A stretch of DNA of 64,000 nt from an uncultured virus (IMG/VR IMGVR_UViG_3300028571_000012) (taxonomy: Duplodnaviria; Heunggongvirae; Uroviricota; Caudoviricetes): IMG/VR virus record IMGVR_UViG_3300028571_000012; one strand, given 5' to 3'. Shown here piece after piece: positions 9,007 through 18,714 of the stretch (position 1 is its first letter; every line of letters starts with the position of its first letter). Position numbers and translations under genes: made by a program. The notes under the pieces are model-generated. The model was not told the origin of the DNA. It saw only the letters and a program-made list of their open reading frames with translations, and ran no database searches.

Positions 9007-10658
9007 TATGCTTCACATGTTGTGCAAGTTGTGATTGATCGTGCCAATTCTTGAGATGGGTTTGCGCTGCGTTGATAGTACAATCCTTTTACTTTAAGTT
9101 CCCAAGCAAAAATCATAAGTTCGTTTACTTCCTTAGGTTTGGCCTTTGGTGCAATCATAAGATTTAATGACTGCCCTTGGTCAATATATTTTTGCCGTTG
9201 CGCCGCTTGAATAATTATTTCCTTTTGACTTATTTCACCAAAGGTTTTAAATACAGCTTTTTCTTCATTTGACAATGATGAGAGATGTTGAACACTTCCA
9301 CCATGAATAAGAATATCTTTCCATGTTTCGGTATTATTAAGATCCTTGGATTTTAGCAGTTTTAATAGTTCTGGATTCTTATAGGTAAATTTTCCTTTGG
9401 CCAAATCCTTAACAAAGTAATTACTGTTTAATGGCTCAATCGAAGGGCTGACTTGACCAAGAATAAAGCTGCTGCTTGTTGTAGGAGCCACTGCCATTGT
9501 TGTAGTGTTTCGGCGGCCATAACCTTTTAGCAATGGTGGTGTTCCAAAAAGTTTGGCCAATTTGACACTTGCAGCATCGCATTTTTCGCGTATTGTTTTA
9601 AAGATTGTAATGTTTTCAGTTTGCGCATCCATGCCTTCAAACGGAATACCTTTGCTTTGAAGATATGTATGATAACCAAGAACACCAACACCAAGAGCAC
9701 GTTGATGCATGGCAAACTTTCTTGGCGCTTCCATATAAGCCACATCTTTGGTTTTATCAATAAATTCCGTCATTACGGCATCAAGAAAATAGACGAGTGT
9801 TTCAATCGCATCTGTATCTTTAAGTTCATCCCAGCGTTCAAGGTTAAGCGATGAAAGGTTACAAACAAAGCTTTCATCAGGTCCATTGGACAAATAAATT
9901 TCGTTGCAAAGATTTGAATTATTAATTTTCATTCCTTTGTCTTTGTATACCTGAGGCGCAGCGTTGTTTGCATTATCACTGAATAACAAATAAGGATATC
10001 CGCTTTCAAAGCGCTTTTTAATAACAAGACCCCAAATTTTTCTTTTGTGTTTGTCACCTTCAATCATGCTGCTCATCCATTCATCAGATACAGTAATACC
10101 AATACTCATGTCTTGAATGCTATTGCCATCACCTTTAATTTGGAGAAATTCTTCAATGTCACCATGATCAATTGGCAAATAAGCGGCAAAACTTCCACGG
10201 CGGACATTACCTTGAGATACAACATTCATTGTTTTGTCATACAGTTCCATAAAATGAACTGCACCTGTGCTTGTGCCACCGCTACTAATAACGCTACCTC
10301 TTGATCGTATGTTTCCAAAATAACCACTTGTTCCGCCACCGCCTTTTGTCATCATGGCCACTTCGCTTAATTTGCCAAAAATACCTTCCATTGTATCAGG
10401 AATGTATGATCCAAAACAACTGATAGGTAATCCTCTTTCACGAGCAAAGTTGCTCCAAATAGGACTGCTTAATGAATAATAACCTGCGTGCAAATAGCGT
10501 TCAAACTTATCCGCAAAACCTGATATTCCTAAAAGCTTTTCAGCTCCATCTGCAATATCACGCATCCGACTTTCAGGTGTTTCACCTTCAAGCAAATATC
10601 CTCTTTCTAGGAATTTGCGACTGTCAGAATTTAACCAATATATTTTTTGTTTTTCCAT
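9006..10658 (-). CDS. nrdA: ribonucleotide reductase class I alpha subunit (short, no ATP cone)
   Basis: PISCF, SNLCNEI, CNLSS, APTTSSS, LYY, C-terminal CTTCEA. Confidence 0.95.
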   Translation of the reverse strand: MEKQKIYWLNSDSRKFLERGYLLEGETPESRMRDIADGAEKLLGISGFADKFERYLHAGYYSLSSPIWSNFARERGLPISCFGSYIPDTMEGIFGKLSEVAMMTKGGGGTSGYFGNIRSRGSVISSGGTSTGAVHFMELYDKTMNVVSQGNVRRGSFAAYLPIDHGDIEEFLQIKGDGNSIQDMSIGITVSDEWMSSMIEGDKHKRKIWGLVIKKRFESGYPYLLFSDNANNAAPQVYKDKGMKINNSNLCNEIYLSNGPDESFVCNLSSLNLERWDELKDTDAIETLVYFLDAVMTEFIDKTKDVAYMEAPRKFAMHQRALGVGVLGYHTYLQSKGIPFEGMDAQTENITIFKTIREKCDAASVKLAKLFGTPPLLKGYGRRNTTTMAVAPTTSSSFILGQVSPSIEPLNSNYFVKDLAKGKFTYKNPELLKLLKSKDLNNTETWKDILIHGGSVQHLSSLSNEEKAVFKTFGEISQKEIIIQAAQRQKYIDQGQSLNLMIAPKAKPKEVNELMIFAWELKVKGLYYQRSANPSQELARSITTCTTCEA

Positions 10659-10678
10659 AATGTAAATGTATGTATCCT

Positions 10679-11707
10679 TTAGAAAAGATCATCTTCACCA
10701 AAACTTTGATTCTTTTTAGAATATTCTGTCGGTCTTGAAAAAAAGAAATCGGTCATATTATTGCCGTGCAATTGTTCATCAAACCAAATTGTTGCATCAA
10801 GTAGTGTTTGATCAAGTTCAAAAGGTTTGGCAAACCCAATTTGCGTCATGCTTTCGTTGATACGACTTTTAATAAATTCCTTGAGAATGTTTGCATTCAA
10901 TCCAGGCTCGTCAATGCCGTTAATCATCCAATCAACAATTTTGGATTCAGCTTTGTATGCTTCAAGTGCTTGTCCTGTAATTTTAGCTTCAAGTTCGGCA
11001 TCAAATAATTCGGGACATTCTTGACGGATTGTTTTAATAATTTGAATGCCTACAAGTGCATGAATATTTTCTTCATTGCGCGTATATTTTACTTGCTGAT
11101 CGGTATCTTTAAGAACATTTTTATGTGTGGCAAACCAATTGATAATATAAAATTGGCTGAACAAGGAAACATTTTCAACAAACAATGTAAACAGTATAAG
11201 CGCATATAAATATTGTTTTTTGCTATCTTTATAAAACCTATGAGTGTATTTTTTAAGATAATTAACACGCCCTTGAATCCAATCCAATTTAAGATTTTCC
11301 TCAAATACATCTTCAAGACCAAGCACGGTAAGCAACCGCTCATATGCATTGTTATGAATAACCTCCGTATTGGCCATAACATAGCCAAGATCTTGTAACG
11401 ATGGGTGAGGAAGATTATCACCCAATTTGGCCCAAAAACTTTTAACCGAAACTTCAATTTGACCGATCGCACTTAGTGTGCGAATAATAATATTTCTTTC
11501 CTGTTCTGTAAGAATAGTTTTAAAATCATGAACATCGCTTTTAAAACTAAATTCTTTATCAGTCCAGAATCCATTGTGCATCGCCTCAATGAAATTTTCT
11601 GTCCATGGATAATGGTTTGGTTTGCGCGAAATCTGTTCGTCAAATATTGTTGTGTCGGTAATAGTATTCATTGTTAAATTTGTAAAAAATAAGCCACTTT
11701 GTGACAT
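10679..11707 (-). CDS. nrdB: ribonucleotide reductase beta subunit (class Id-like)
   Basis: QIEVSVKSFW, EVIHNNAY, VENVSLFSQF, EENIH, DFF..RPTEY; alternative start 11671. Confidence 0.93.
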   Translation of the reverse strand: MSQSGLFFTNLTMNTITDTTIFDEQISRKPNHYPWTENFIEAMHNGFWTDKEFSFKSDVHDFKTILTEQERNIIIRTLSAIGQIEVSVKSFWAKLGDNLPHPSLQDLGYVMANTEVIHNNAYERLLTVLGLEDVFEENLKLDWIQGRVNYLKKYTHRFYKDSKKQYLYALILFTLFVENVSLFSQFYIINWFATHKNVLKDTDQQVKYTRNEENIHALVGIQIIKTIRQECPELFDAELEAKITGQALEAYKAESKIVDWMINGIDEPGLNANILKEFIKSRINESMTQIGFAKPFELDQTLLDATIWFDEQLHGNNMTDFFFSRPTEYSKKNQSFGEDDLF

Positions 11708-11725
11708 ATTAGGTTTCCCTTAATG

Positions 11726-11771
11726 ATTATACATTAAAATGGAGAAATGTAAACATAAAGTGTTTACATTT
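11726..11771 (-). promoter_or_regulatory. promoter GTTTACA-16-TATAAT with -35 inside an 11-bp inverted repeat
   Basis: aaatgtaaaca-taaag-tgtttacattt at 11745-11771. Confidence 0.65.
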
Positions 11772-12115
11772 TATTCTTTTCCTCGGCTTATGCTTTTTAA
11801 TGATCCATTAAGACCATTTTTAAGAACAATTGTATGTGTCTTATGTTTTTTTGCATAATCATAAACGCCTTTTTCGGAATCATCTTCCAAATTTAAATAA
11901 GTGCTCCATTTTTCAAACACCGAACTTCCCTGTTTAAATTTAACAAAAGTTTCATTTGTTACTTCAAACATTTTCCATGTTTGTCTTTTGGCAATAACAT
12001 CACTTGGTGTTGGCGTTTTGCCATCAACATCTTTTCTTTTCATTCCTATTGGAAATGAAGGCATTGACACCGCGCCGCTTCCAACCGAAACATCTTCCTT
12101 TTTTTGTTTATTCAT
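11771..12115 (-). CDS. conserved T4-like hypothetical protein
   Basis: ORF coupled to upstream gene. Confidence 0.6.
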   Translation of the reverse strand: MNKQKKEDVSVGSGAVSMPSFPIGMKRKDVDGKTPTPSDVIAKRQTWKMFEVTNETFVKFKQGSSVFEKWSTYLNLEDDSEKGVYDYAKKHKTHTIVLKNGLNGSLKSISRGKE

Positions 12116-12699
12116 TGTCTTGTAATATCCTGTTGTGTAATATATATCGGTTGCTGTGTTTTACAATGATGCACCTTGTAAACATTAACACCGAAAATTT
12201 GTCCAACAGGCGGTGTTTCATTTTCCACTATTACATTTGTTTGACTTAGCGCCAACACGTGACCAGTTGCTTTTAATGCAACGGGTCGGTTTAAAACATA
12301 TCGACCGTTTTTAAGTTTTTGATCTTCGGTAATATGCCAAGTGCATTCATTAAGAGTTGAAATGTCCAAAGCAACACCTGTCGCCTTTTCCATTATTGCA
12401 ATAAGCTTTTTATCAGAAATTCCAGTATGCTCCTTAATCAAATATAATGCTGTAAGATATGATGCAATTGTGGATTTACCAAAAGGAATTTTATTTAAGA
12501 GTCTTTTAATGTTAAAGACCAATCTGTGAAAAATATTATACTTACTACGCTCAACACTGTTTTGTGGGCTGCGAATGTGTTTGCCATCCTTATCAATAAG
12601 TCCCAATTTATATGCTCCTGTGCTGGTCCAACGAGTAGTCAACAAACGTAAAAAACGTAAGGCATAAATTGTATCAGCTGTTCTGGAAAGTAGGCCCAT
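12112..12699 (-). CDS. conserved T4-like hypothetical protein
   Basis: RFLRLLTT.W, AYKLGLID..G, FHRLVFNIKRLL. Confidence 0.7.
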   Translation of the reverse strand: MGLLSRTADTIYALRFLRLLTTRWTSTGAYKLGLIDKDGKHIRSPQNSVERSKYNIFHRLVFNIKRLLNKIPFGKSTIASYLTALYLIKEHTGISDKKLIAIMEKATGVALDISTLNECTWHITEDQKLKNGRYVLNRPVALKATGHVLALSQTNVIVENETPPVGQIFGVNVYKVHHCKTQQPIYITQQDITRQ

Positions 12700-12701
12700 A
12701 A

Positions 12702-13073
12702 TTAAAGATTTTGAAGTTTTTTAGTAATGTAAAGATCGCTTGGTATATTCGAGTAGTCGTCTGGATGAATATAATTTAAATATAGTAAAAAGGTTTTTAG
12801 CGCGGGCCAATGTTCCTCATTCAGTTTATAGAAACACATTTGTGTCGCCGATGAAATTGTAAAAACATTATAAATAATAATCAGATGATTTAAAATAAGT
12901 CTTTCTTGTAGTATTTTTCTTTTACTATACTTATTTAATAGTTTTTTTAGATACTTAAAACGATCAACGTCACAATAAAAATCATTTAAATCCAAACAGT
13001 TTGGATTGTTGTAATGCCTTGCGGCATATATGTTGAAATTCTTATCATTAAGTTCTAAATTTGAGCTTTGCAT
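12702..13073 (-). CDS. conserved T4-like hypothetical protein
   Basis: YAARHYNNP.C, RFKYLKKL, ERLILNHLI. Confidence 0.7.
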   Translation of the reverse strand: MQSSNLELNDKNFNIYAARHYNNPNCLDLNDFYCDVDRFKYLKKLLNKYSKRKILQERLILNHLIIIYNVFTISSATQMCFYKLNEEHWPALKTFLLYLNYIHPDDYSNIPSDLYITKKLQNL

Positions 13074-13084
13074 AACCTATAAAG

Positions 13085-13402
13085 TTATTTATCAGCCAAT
13101 AGATCAGTAACACTTTTTCCTTTTTCCCAAAACTTACAACTCCAATAACGAGCTTTCCATTTTGGACCTGGATCGGTATCACAATGATGCCTTGCTCTAA
13201 AACTTTTTAGGCGTTGTGGATTATCTCTTTTAATGTCTGTACTTGGATCACCAAACCCAAGTTTAATTACATTACCTTTTTCATTGCGAACATAAACATA
13301 AAACTTATGTTTTTCGTCACTCGATCTAAAAGGGTTATCAAGTTCTACTTTGCGACCTTGATATTCTGCTTCGGATATAAAGTTTAAAAATGATTTAATC
13401 AT
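13085..13402 (-). CDS. conserved hypothetical protein with capsid-targeting-like N-terminus
   Basis: MIKSFLNFISE; SFRARH.C, ARYWSC..W; start moved to ATGA overlap. Confidence 0.7.
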   Translation of the reverse strand: MIKSFLNFISEAEYQGRKVELDNPFRSSDEKHKFYVYVRNEKGNVIKLGFGDPSTDIKRDNPQRLKSFRARHHCDTDPGPKWKARYWSCKFWEKGKSVTDLLADK

Positions 13403-13911
13403 ACTATTTGATACCAACTTAATATTGTATTGAATGTAGAATTAACTGAATCTGCGGCAATCGCTAATGTATAAACATCAGAAACGCCAGCTTGAGTTCG
13501 GCCCAACTGTAAAAATTGACTTCCCAAATCGTTGAGTGTTATGGATTCACTTGCATTTGTAATAAATCCAGATTTTACTATGGTTCCACCAGTCATAATC
13601 GAATCGCTTATCGTGAATTCAGTGCTTGCGCAATCTGGGTGAACGGTCCATGTAGGAGTGGTCGCAAAGGTTGCATTTTTTATTAGTGCCCATTGATATT
13701 TTTTATTTTGTTCAATTACAATTGAAACTTCAGTAGGAATAATTATACCATCAAGCTTAGTGGACGCTAAACTAATAGATACTGTATTAAAGAATTTTCC
13801 GCGGTCAGCATTAGTTCCATTAGTTTGACGAGTAACAAATACCGAAGCCGATGATGCTTGACAATATGTTAACGACTCAGGGTTATGACCACCTTCACTA
13901 ATTACGCACAA
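13399..13911 (-). CDS. beta-rich virion-type protein, possibly 5'-truncated
   Basis: Only a TTG start overlapping the endolysin end; begins CVISEGG. Confidence 0.45.
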   Translation of the reverse strand: MCVISEGGHNPESLTYCQASSASVFVTRQTNGTNADRGKFFNTVSISLASTKLDGIIIPTEVSIVIEQNKKYQWALIKNATFATTPTWTVHPDCASTEFTISDSIMTGGTIVKSGFITNASESITLNDLGSQFLQLGRTQAGVSDVYTLAIAADSVNSTFNTILSWYQIV

Positions 13912-14711
13912 AATTTTACAAGTTTTGCTTCCTCATCACGACGTGTTAAAAGTCCATCAAGTCCTTTACCAACCCATAAGCGTTTCATTGCGACAATTTG
14001 TCCCGCAATATAATTGTAAAGGTTTAACGTTTTAATCTCACCGCCAATTGCTTTTCTAATATTATTCATTTCCACGCGGGAAGCACCTACAACACTTCCG
14101 CCTCTATTAAAAACAAGTGATACAAGAGCGCCAAAAGCATCAGGGTGCAAAGCATCGCTTCCTGGAAACGCTCTTTTTGTTTCACTTATAAATCTTGGTA
14201 ACGTATCGCTTATAAACACGCTTTCAGCTGCTTCCCAAGAAACACTAATATTTTTTACACGCGAAATGCAACTTTTTGCGGCCTTACCTTTTTTACCAAT
14301 TGTGCTCAACAACGAGTTATATGAATTCGCATCAAGATGTTCATACCAATCCTTTTTAAATTGCGCTGCTGTATTGTACCCAAGATCGTAACCTATTCCA
14401 ATTGTAACACCACTTTGTCCACCAGGATATGTAGGATGTTTTAATGCTTTATTGTAATAGTTTGCTCCTCCACCAACTTCATATTTTAATATAAGATCAT
14501 ATGCTTTATCGGAAATACCAATTTTAAGATTAGGTTGCAAAGTTTCCTTTATTTCCTCAACAAATATTTCTTTCCCGTTTAAGCTTTCCAATTTGGAAAT
14601 AATAGCCGACCAAGTAATGAGACCGTCTTGTCCATCAACTTTAAGCTCAAGAAGCATTTGAGCTTTTTTTACCAAGTCGATTTTATTAAAAGTTTTATTA
14701 AAAGTGGACAT
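13902..14711 (-). CDS. endolysin: PG-binding-like N-terminus plus pesticin/T4-lysozyme-like muramidase
   Basis: VDGQDGLITW; YE...YPGGQSGVTIGIGYDLG; ALVSLVFNRG; GLLTRRDEEA. Confidence 0.85.
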   Translation of the reverse strand: MSTFNKTFNKIDLVKKAQMLLELKVDGQDGLITWSAIISKLESLNGKEIFVEEIKETLQPNLKIGISDKAYDLILKYEVGGGANYYNKALKHPTYPGGQSGVTIGIGYDLGYNTAAQFKKDWYEHLDANSYNSLLSTIGKKGKAAKSCISRVKNISVSWEAAESVFISDTLPRFISETKRAFPGSDALHPDAFGALVSLVFNRGGSVVGASRVEMNNIRKAIGGEIKTLNLYNYIAGQIVAMKRLWVGKGLDGLLTRRDEEAKLVKFCA

Positions 14712-14712
14712 A

Positions 14713-15012
14713 TTATTCTATTGGTGTTTGAATCGAATATTTGGATTGAATAGTCGCTGATGCAGTTTTGATGGTATCATATAAATCTGCAACCGTTTGT
14801 CTTGTTTCCTCATCTGTTGAGTCCAAACTTGAAACAATTTGATACAAACCGTCGATGCTTTCGATACCATCACTAAGATACATTAATGACAAACCAAGTG
14901 CATCATCAATGGCATCAAGTTCCTCGTCCTCAAGTTTAGGAATATTGGATTCTTTTGTTTTTGATATTACCGTCGGTTGTGTTCCGGAACGAATGGTTGT
15001 GAGTGTTTTCAT
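14713..15012 (-). CDS. acidic hypothetical protein
   Basis: ORF in operon. Confidence 0.5.
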   Translation of the reverse strand: MKTLTTIRSGTQPTVISKTKESNIPKLEDEELDAIDDALGLSLMYLSDGIESIDGLYQIVSSLDSTDEETRQTVADLYDTIKTASATIQSKYSIQTPIE

Positions 15013-15015
15013 ATG

Positions 15016-16830
15016 TTAGCTTTTTTTATTGGCAACAAAAGAACGGAAAGATTCCTTAATTTCCAATGCAGAAGTTTGCGGTTTGTATTGCTGTTCAACA
15101 AATGCTTCCACCAAATTTGAATCGGTGCATTTTGTTGCAAGTTCAACAATTTTCATATGGCGCAACGTTGCCACATTTGTTTTTTCTTGAATTAAAATGT
15201 AATGAAAGTTGAAAAAATCAATTTCATTTTGCGATGGTTTACGACCTAAGGCGATTTCAATTGCACTCGTTTCATCAGGTGCTTTGACTTTTACTTGTTG
15301 ACCACCATCACGCGGTTTGATAATCCATGAATCATAATGTTCTTTTTCTTCCTTAAGACCATATGTACCTTTGATTGGTACTCTTGGTTCACTGATTCCC
15401 TTAGCGTATTGTTTTAAATAATCTTCGGCATGATCTTTTGCCTCAAATGGAGTGTTATAAGATGCTTGTCCAAGATACAACACTTTGCCACTCTTGTTGA
15501 CAACCTTTGGTCTATATCCACCAAATTGTGATTTTTCGGAAGTTGCCATATAATTATTAATATCAATGGCTTCTTGCACAGCATCTTCTTTTAATCCTGC
15601 AGCTTTGGAATATTTAATATTAGGATCAAGTTTAAAGATATAATTTACTGTATCAATGAAACTTCTGTTCCCACCTTTAAGCCAAGTATTAAGATCAATT
15701 CTTTTGTTAAACATCTTAATTTGTTTTGTCAAACGGTCGATAAATTGTTTTTTAGCGCTATCGGATGATGTATCCTCCAAATCGGATTCAGACCATTCTT
15801 TCCAAGAAAGATCATGAAGAAAACCATCGGCATCCAATGCTTGAAGAAACAGTTTGCTTGATCTTGCGCCGTCATTTTTTTTACCGTCAAGCGTGTAAAT
15901 TCCTTTTGAAACAAAAGTTTTTGCTTCTTCCGATTCTGTATTAGTTTTATCCATATGTTTTACTATTCTTTGTCCTGGTGTGTCTTTTATATATTTTTTT
16001 CTTAACTTGTCAGTTCCTTCAAATCCCGCACCGTATTCTTCGACAAAAATTGTCATAGTCTTTTTGGTATTGTTGTCAGTAACTTCAAGATGTTTTCCTC
16101 TTTTTACATCATATGATGAATCCCAAATTCCATCTTTAAGTTTAGCAATAACTACATCATATTTGTATGATGGAATTTTTGCTTCCTTAATACCTTTTTC
16201 TACACATGATACCAATTTGATATAATATTCTGGATCTTCAGCAAGGTGATGTTTTGCTATAATTGTCGCAATTTCTTCGTCATCTGTATGTTCCAGTTCA
16301 ATTTTAATGCCTGCGGCCAATTGTTCTGGATCATACTCGATTGAATCATCATTGGCTTTAAACGGTGATGAATCATCACATGCTTCATTCTTTTGAGCAG
16401 CATAATATGCACCAAGAGCCATTGAAATTCTCTCCTTTTTAGTCTTACCTTTAAATTTAGGATTTGTACTATCAATAAAATCTCGAATCCATGCGGATGC
16501 AGGTTGTGATGCGCTTAACTTTTCAGTTACGAATTGTTCTTTATAATAAAAACTATGAATATCCTTTTTAGGATCATATTTTACCACCAAATCGTCTAAC
16601 ACAAAATCATCACCATATTCCTCAACAGCGTTGGCGAAACCGGAAGCGTCACCAAATATATGATCAACCACCTCGTCATCTGTACAGTTTCCTATATAAC
16701 TCAAATTATCAGATTTTTCTCCAAGTTGCAATTGTTCTTTTAAATTGCCGGAAATTTCGGAGAATGTAAGATCTTCCAACGTCTTTAAAAGTTGGTCTTG
16801 GCTTGAGGCTTCGTTTAATAGCGTATTCAT
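15016..16830 (-). CDS. multi-module putative internal head protein
   Basis: Modules such as WIRDF..S.NPKFKGKTKKERISMALGAYY, GIKIELEHT..HL.E.PEYY and YIKDTPGQ, separated by LxE/xTE/KE sites. Confidence 0.65.
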   Translation of the reverse strand: MNTLLNEASSQDQLLKTLEDLTFSEISGNLKEQLQLGEKSDNLSYIGNCTDDEVVDHIFGDASGFANAVEEYGDDFVLDDLVVKYDPKKDIHSFYYKEQFVTEKLSASQPASAWIRDFIDSTNPKFKGKTKKERISMALGAYYAAQKNEACDDSSPFKANDDSIEYDPEQLAAGIKIELEHTDDEEIATIIAKHHLAEDPEYYIKLVSCVEKGIKEAKIPSYKYDVVIAKLKDGIWDSSYDVKRGKHLEVTDNNTKKTMTIFVEEYGAGFEGTDKLRKKYIKDTPGQRIVKHMDKTNTESEEAKTFVSKGIYTLDGKKNDGARSSKLFLQALDADGFLHDLSWKEWSESDLEDTSSDSAKKQFIDRLTKQIKMFNKRIDLNTWLKGGNRSFIDTVNYIFKLDPNIKYSKAAGLKEDAVQEAIDINNYMATSEKSQFGGYRPKVVNKSGKVLYLGQASYNTPFEAKDHAEDYLKQYAKGISEPRVPIKGTYGLKEEKEHYDSWIIKPRDGGQQVKVKAPDETSAIEIALGRKPSQNEIDFFNFHYILIQEKTNVATLRHMKIVELATKCTDSNLVEAFVEQQYKPQTSALEIKESFRSFVANKKS

Positions 16831-17669
16831 TATTGTATATTTATCAAATCCTTAATAAAAAATTTGTTTTCTTTTAGTGTGTTTAAATTTTTGCAAAGCA
16901 CGTGGTTTGCACCTCTTTCCAAAATGGATAATTTATCGGAGCCTGTTTTGTTGGAATGCACAATGTCTCCAACATTAAAAATTGATCCGTTAATATAATG
17001 TTCTCTTACTTCGCTTAATGTATCAAATTGTACATGCGTGCGAAAGTTGTAACTTTCTTCAAGACCCATGCCTTTACGCACGGCGTTAAATAGTTCTTTA
17101 ACATCGCCAAATGTTTTTGGAACACCTTTGGAAAATGTTTGTAAATCGTTGTCAGCGGCTGCACTTCTCATTTTTGATGCACTTACGGCAAAAGTTGCTT
17201 CACCTGTTCGGTCATCAATATCAGGATCTCTTGTTCCAGTTGATACAACATTTACGCCATCAGGAAATTTGTAATATCCATGCGCGCCTTTGACACCATC
17301 ATATTTTTGTAATAAAGACTTAAATTCGTTAACTCGATCGCTTCCAACGGCAACCGTAAAACGTGTGTATCCTTCATCATATGCGCTTGTTGCAACATCA
17401 AATATGTTTTTTACATTGTGGTCAAGTATAATATTACGGCCGTATGACGGAAACATTTTGCGCATAAATTTAATTTTCTCCTCATAACCTAAAGGATTTT
17501 TCTTAGGATCTTCGCTTTGAGAAGCATATATTTTGAATGTTTTGCCTTTGGCCATTGCGGCAATTGATTCAATATTTTCCTGGTGCCCTCGGGTCGGTGG
17601 ATTAAAGCGACCAAATGAAATGATAATTTCATTCATTCGATCTTCAGTAAATTTTCTAAATGTTTTCAT
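16830..17669 (-). CDS. HIGH-superfamily nucleotidyltransferase (cytidylyltransferase-like)
   Basis: FGRFNPPTRGH, KNPL, VGSDR, SASKMR. Confidence 0.85.
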   Translation of the reverse strand: MKTFRKFTEDRMNEIIISFGRFNPPTRGHQENIESIAAMAKGKTFKIYASQSEDPKKNPLGYEEKIKFMRKMFPSYGRNIILDHNVKNIFDVATSAYDEGYTRFTVAVGSDRVNEFKSLLQKYDGVKGAHGYYKFPDGVNVVSTGTRDPDIDDRTGEATFAVSASKMRSAAADNDLQTFSKGVPKTFGDVKELFNAVRKGMGLEESYNFRTHVQFDTLSEVREHYINGSIFNVGDIVHSNKTGSDKLSILERGANHVLCKNLNTLKENKFFIKDLINIQ

Positions 17670-18010
17670 GCGTTTTGACTTAAAATGGTTTGTGCAACGG
17701 TATCAACTTCGTCTTTTCTTTTTGCGACAATTCGCTCAATTTCAAGACGGCGAGCAAGTGGCAAATCATCTTTTGAACTACCGTCCAGCACTTCCAAACG
17801 AATTACTGCTCTTGCGGCACTGCGGGCCATTGCAACTTCGCGGCCTGAAGGAGTTTCCGGTTCTTCAATGTCCATGTCCTCATCTTCAACATACGAACGA
17901 TGGCGTTTGTGATATTGATATGGAATCAAACCAACATTATCTTCAGGTGTGTCACCATCTGTATAATCAACAGGTATAATATCTCTTAGACGCAAAGGTT
18001 CGGACTTCAT
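17666..18010 (-). CDS. hypothetical late protein
   Basis: TATAAATA (18016-18023) 5 nt before ATG 18010 (MKSEPL). Confidence 0.6.
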   Translation of the reverse strand: MKSEPLRLRDIIPVDYTDGDTPEDNVGLIPYQYHKRHRSYVEDEDMDIEEPETPSGREVAMARSAARAVIRLEVLDGSSKDDLPLARRLEIERIVAKRKDEVDTVAQTILSQNA

Positions 18011-18033
18011 AGTTCTATTTATAATAATTCGCA

Positions 18034-18714
18034 TTAACGACCTACCGCACGTTTTTGTGCATACTTGAGTTCTGTTGTGCTGCCAATGTATTCTGCTTTA
18101 ATTTTACCTAAAGCACTTTTAAGTTTGTTTTTCACCTCGGACTCGCTGTTACCGATAGACATTAGAAAACTGGCAATGACTCCTTCACCCGCATGAAAAC
18201 TATAATCATGTGATGTATTGCCAATTACTTCAGCTGGCAATACATCATATGCAACCTCATCAACAATCAGACGGTATCGTTCACTCGTTCGAACAACTCC
18301 TACATGTGTATATTTTTCTTTAACAGCATCAATCAAATCATATTTTTCCGAACTGTTTTGATGAGATGGAAATTCAACCATACGTTTTGCAAAACCAAAT
18401 AATGTTTTACTCTTAGGGATGAATATGTCAATCATATAACCAAATACTGAGGAACGCAAACCGTTTGCTTTATAAAATTTTTCCCATTTTTTATCAACGA
18501 GTAGATCATCTTTGCCGCCTCCGGCTCCTTCGGTAGGATCAAGATATTGCCCAAAGTTACCATCACGATGGTCAATCTTTTCAACTTCATAATGCAGATC
18601 AGCCGTATCAATGCCAGATGCTTGCACCATATCACCAAATTTATACTTTGGCGCTTCGAGTATGGTGCGAGCTATACTCACCAATGGATCATTTTGTATG
18701 TTTAAATAATTCAT
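18034..18714 (-). CDS. hypothetical protein
   Basis: ATGA overlap with upstream stop; MNYLNIQND start. Confidence 0.6.
   Translation of the reverse strand: MNYLNIQNDPLVSIARTILEAPKYKFGDMVQASGIDTADLHYEVEKIDHRDGNFGQYLDPTEGAGGGKDDLLVDKKWEKFYKANGLRSSVFGYMIDIFIPKSKTLFGFAKRMVEFPSHQNSSEKYDLIDAVKEKYTHVGVVRTSERYRLIVDEVAYDVLPAEVIGNTSHDYSFHAGEGVIASFLMSIGNSESEVKNKLKSALGKIKAEYIGSTTELKYAQKRAVGR

Noticed and set aside
9006..11707. Introns or inteins in nrdA/nrdB
   Set aside because: Both are continuous and compact with no intein blocks
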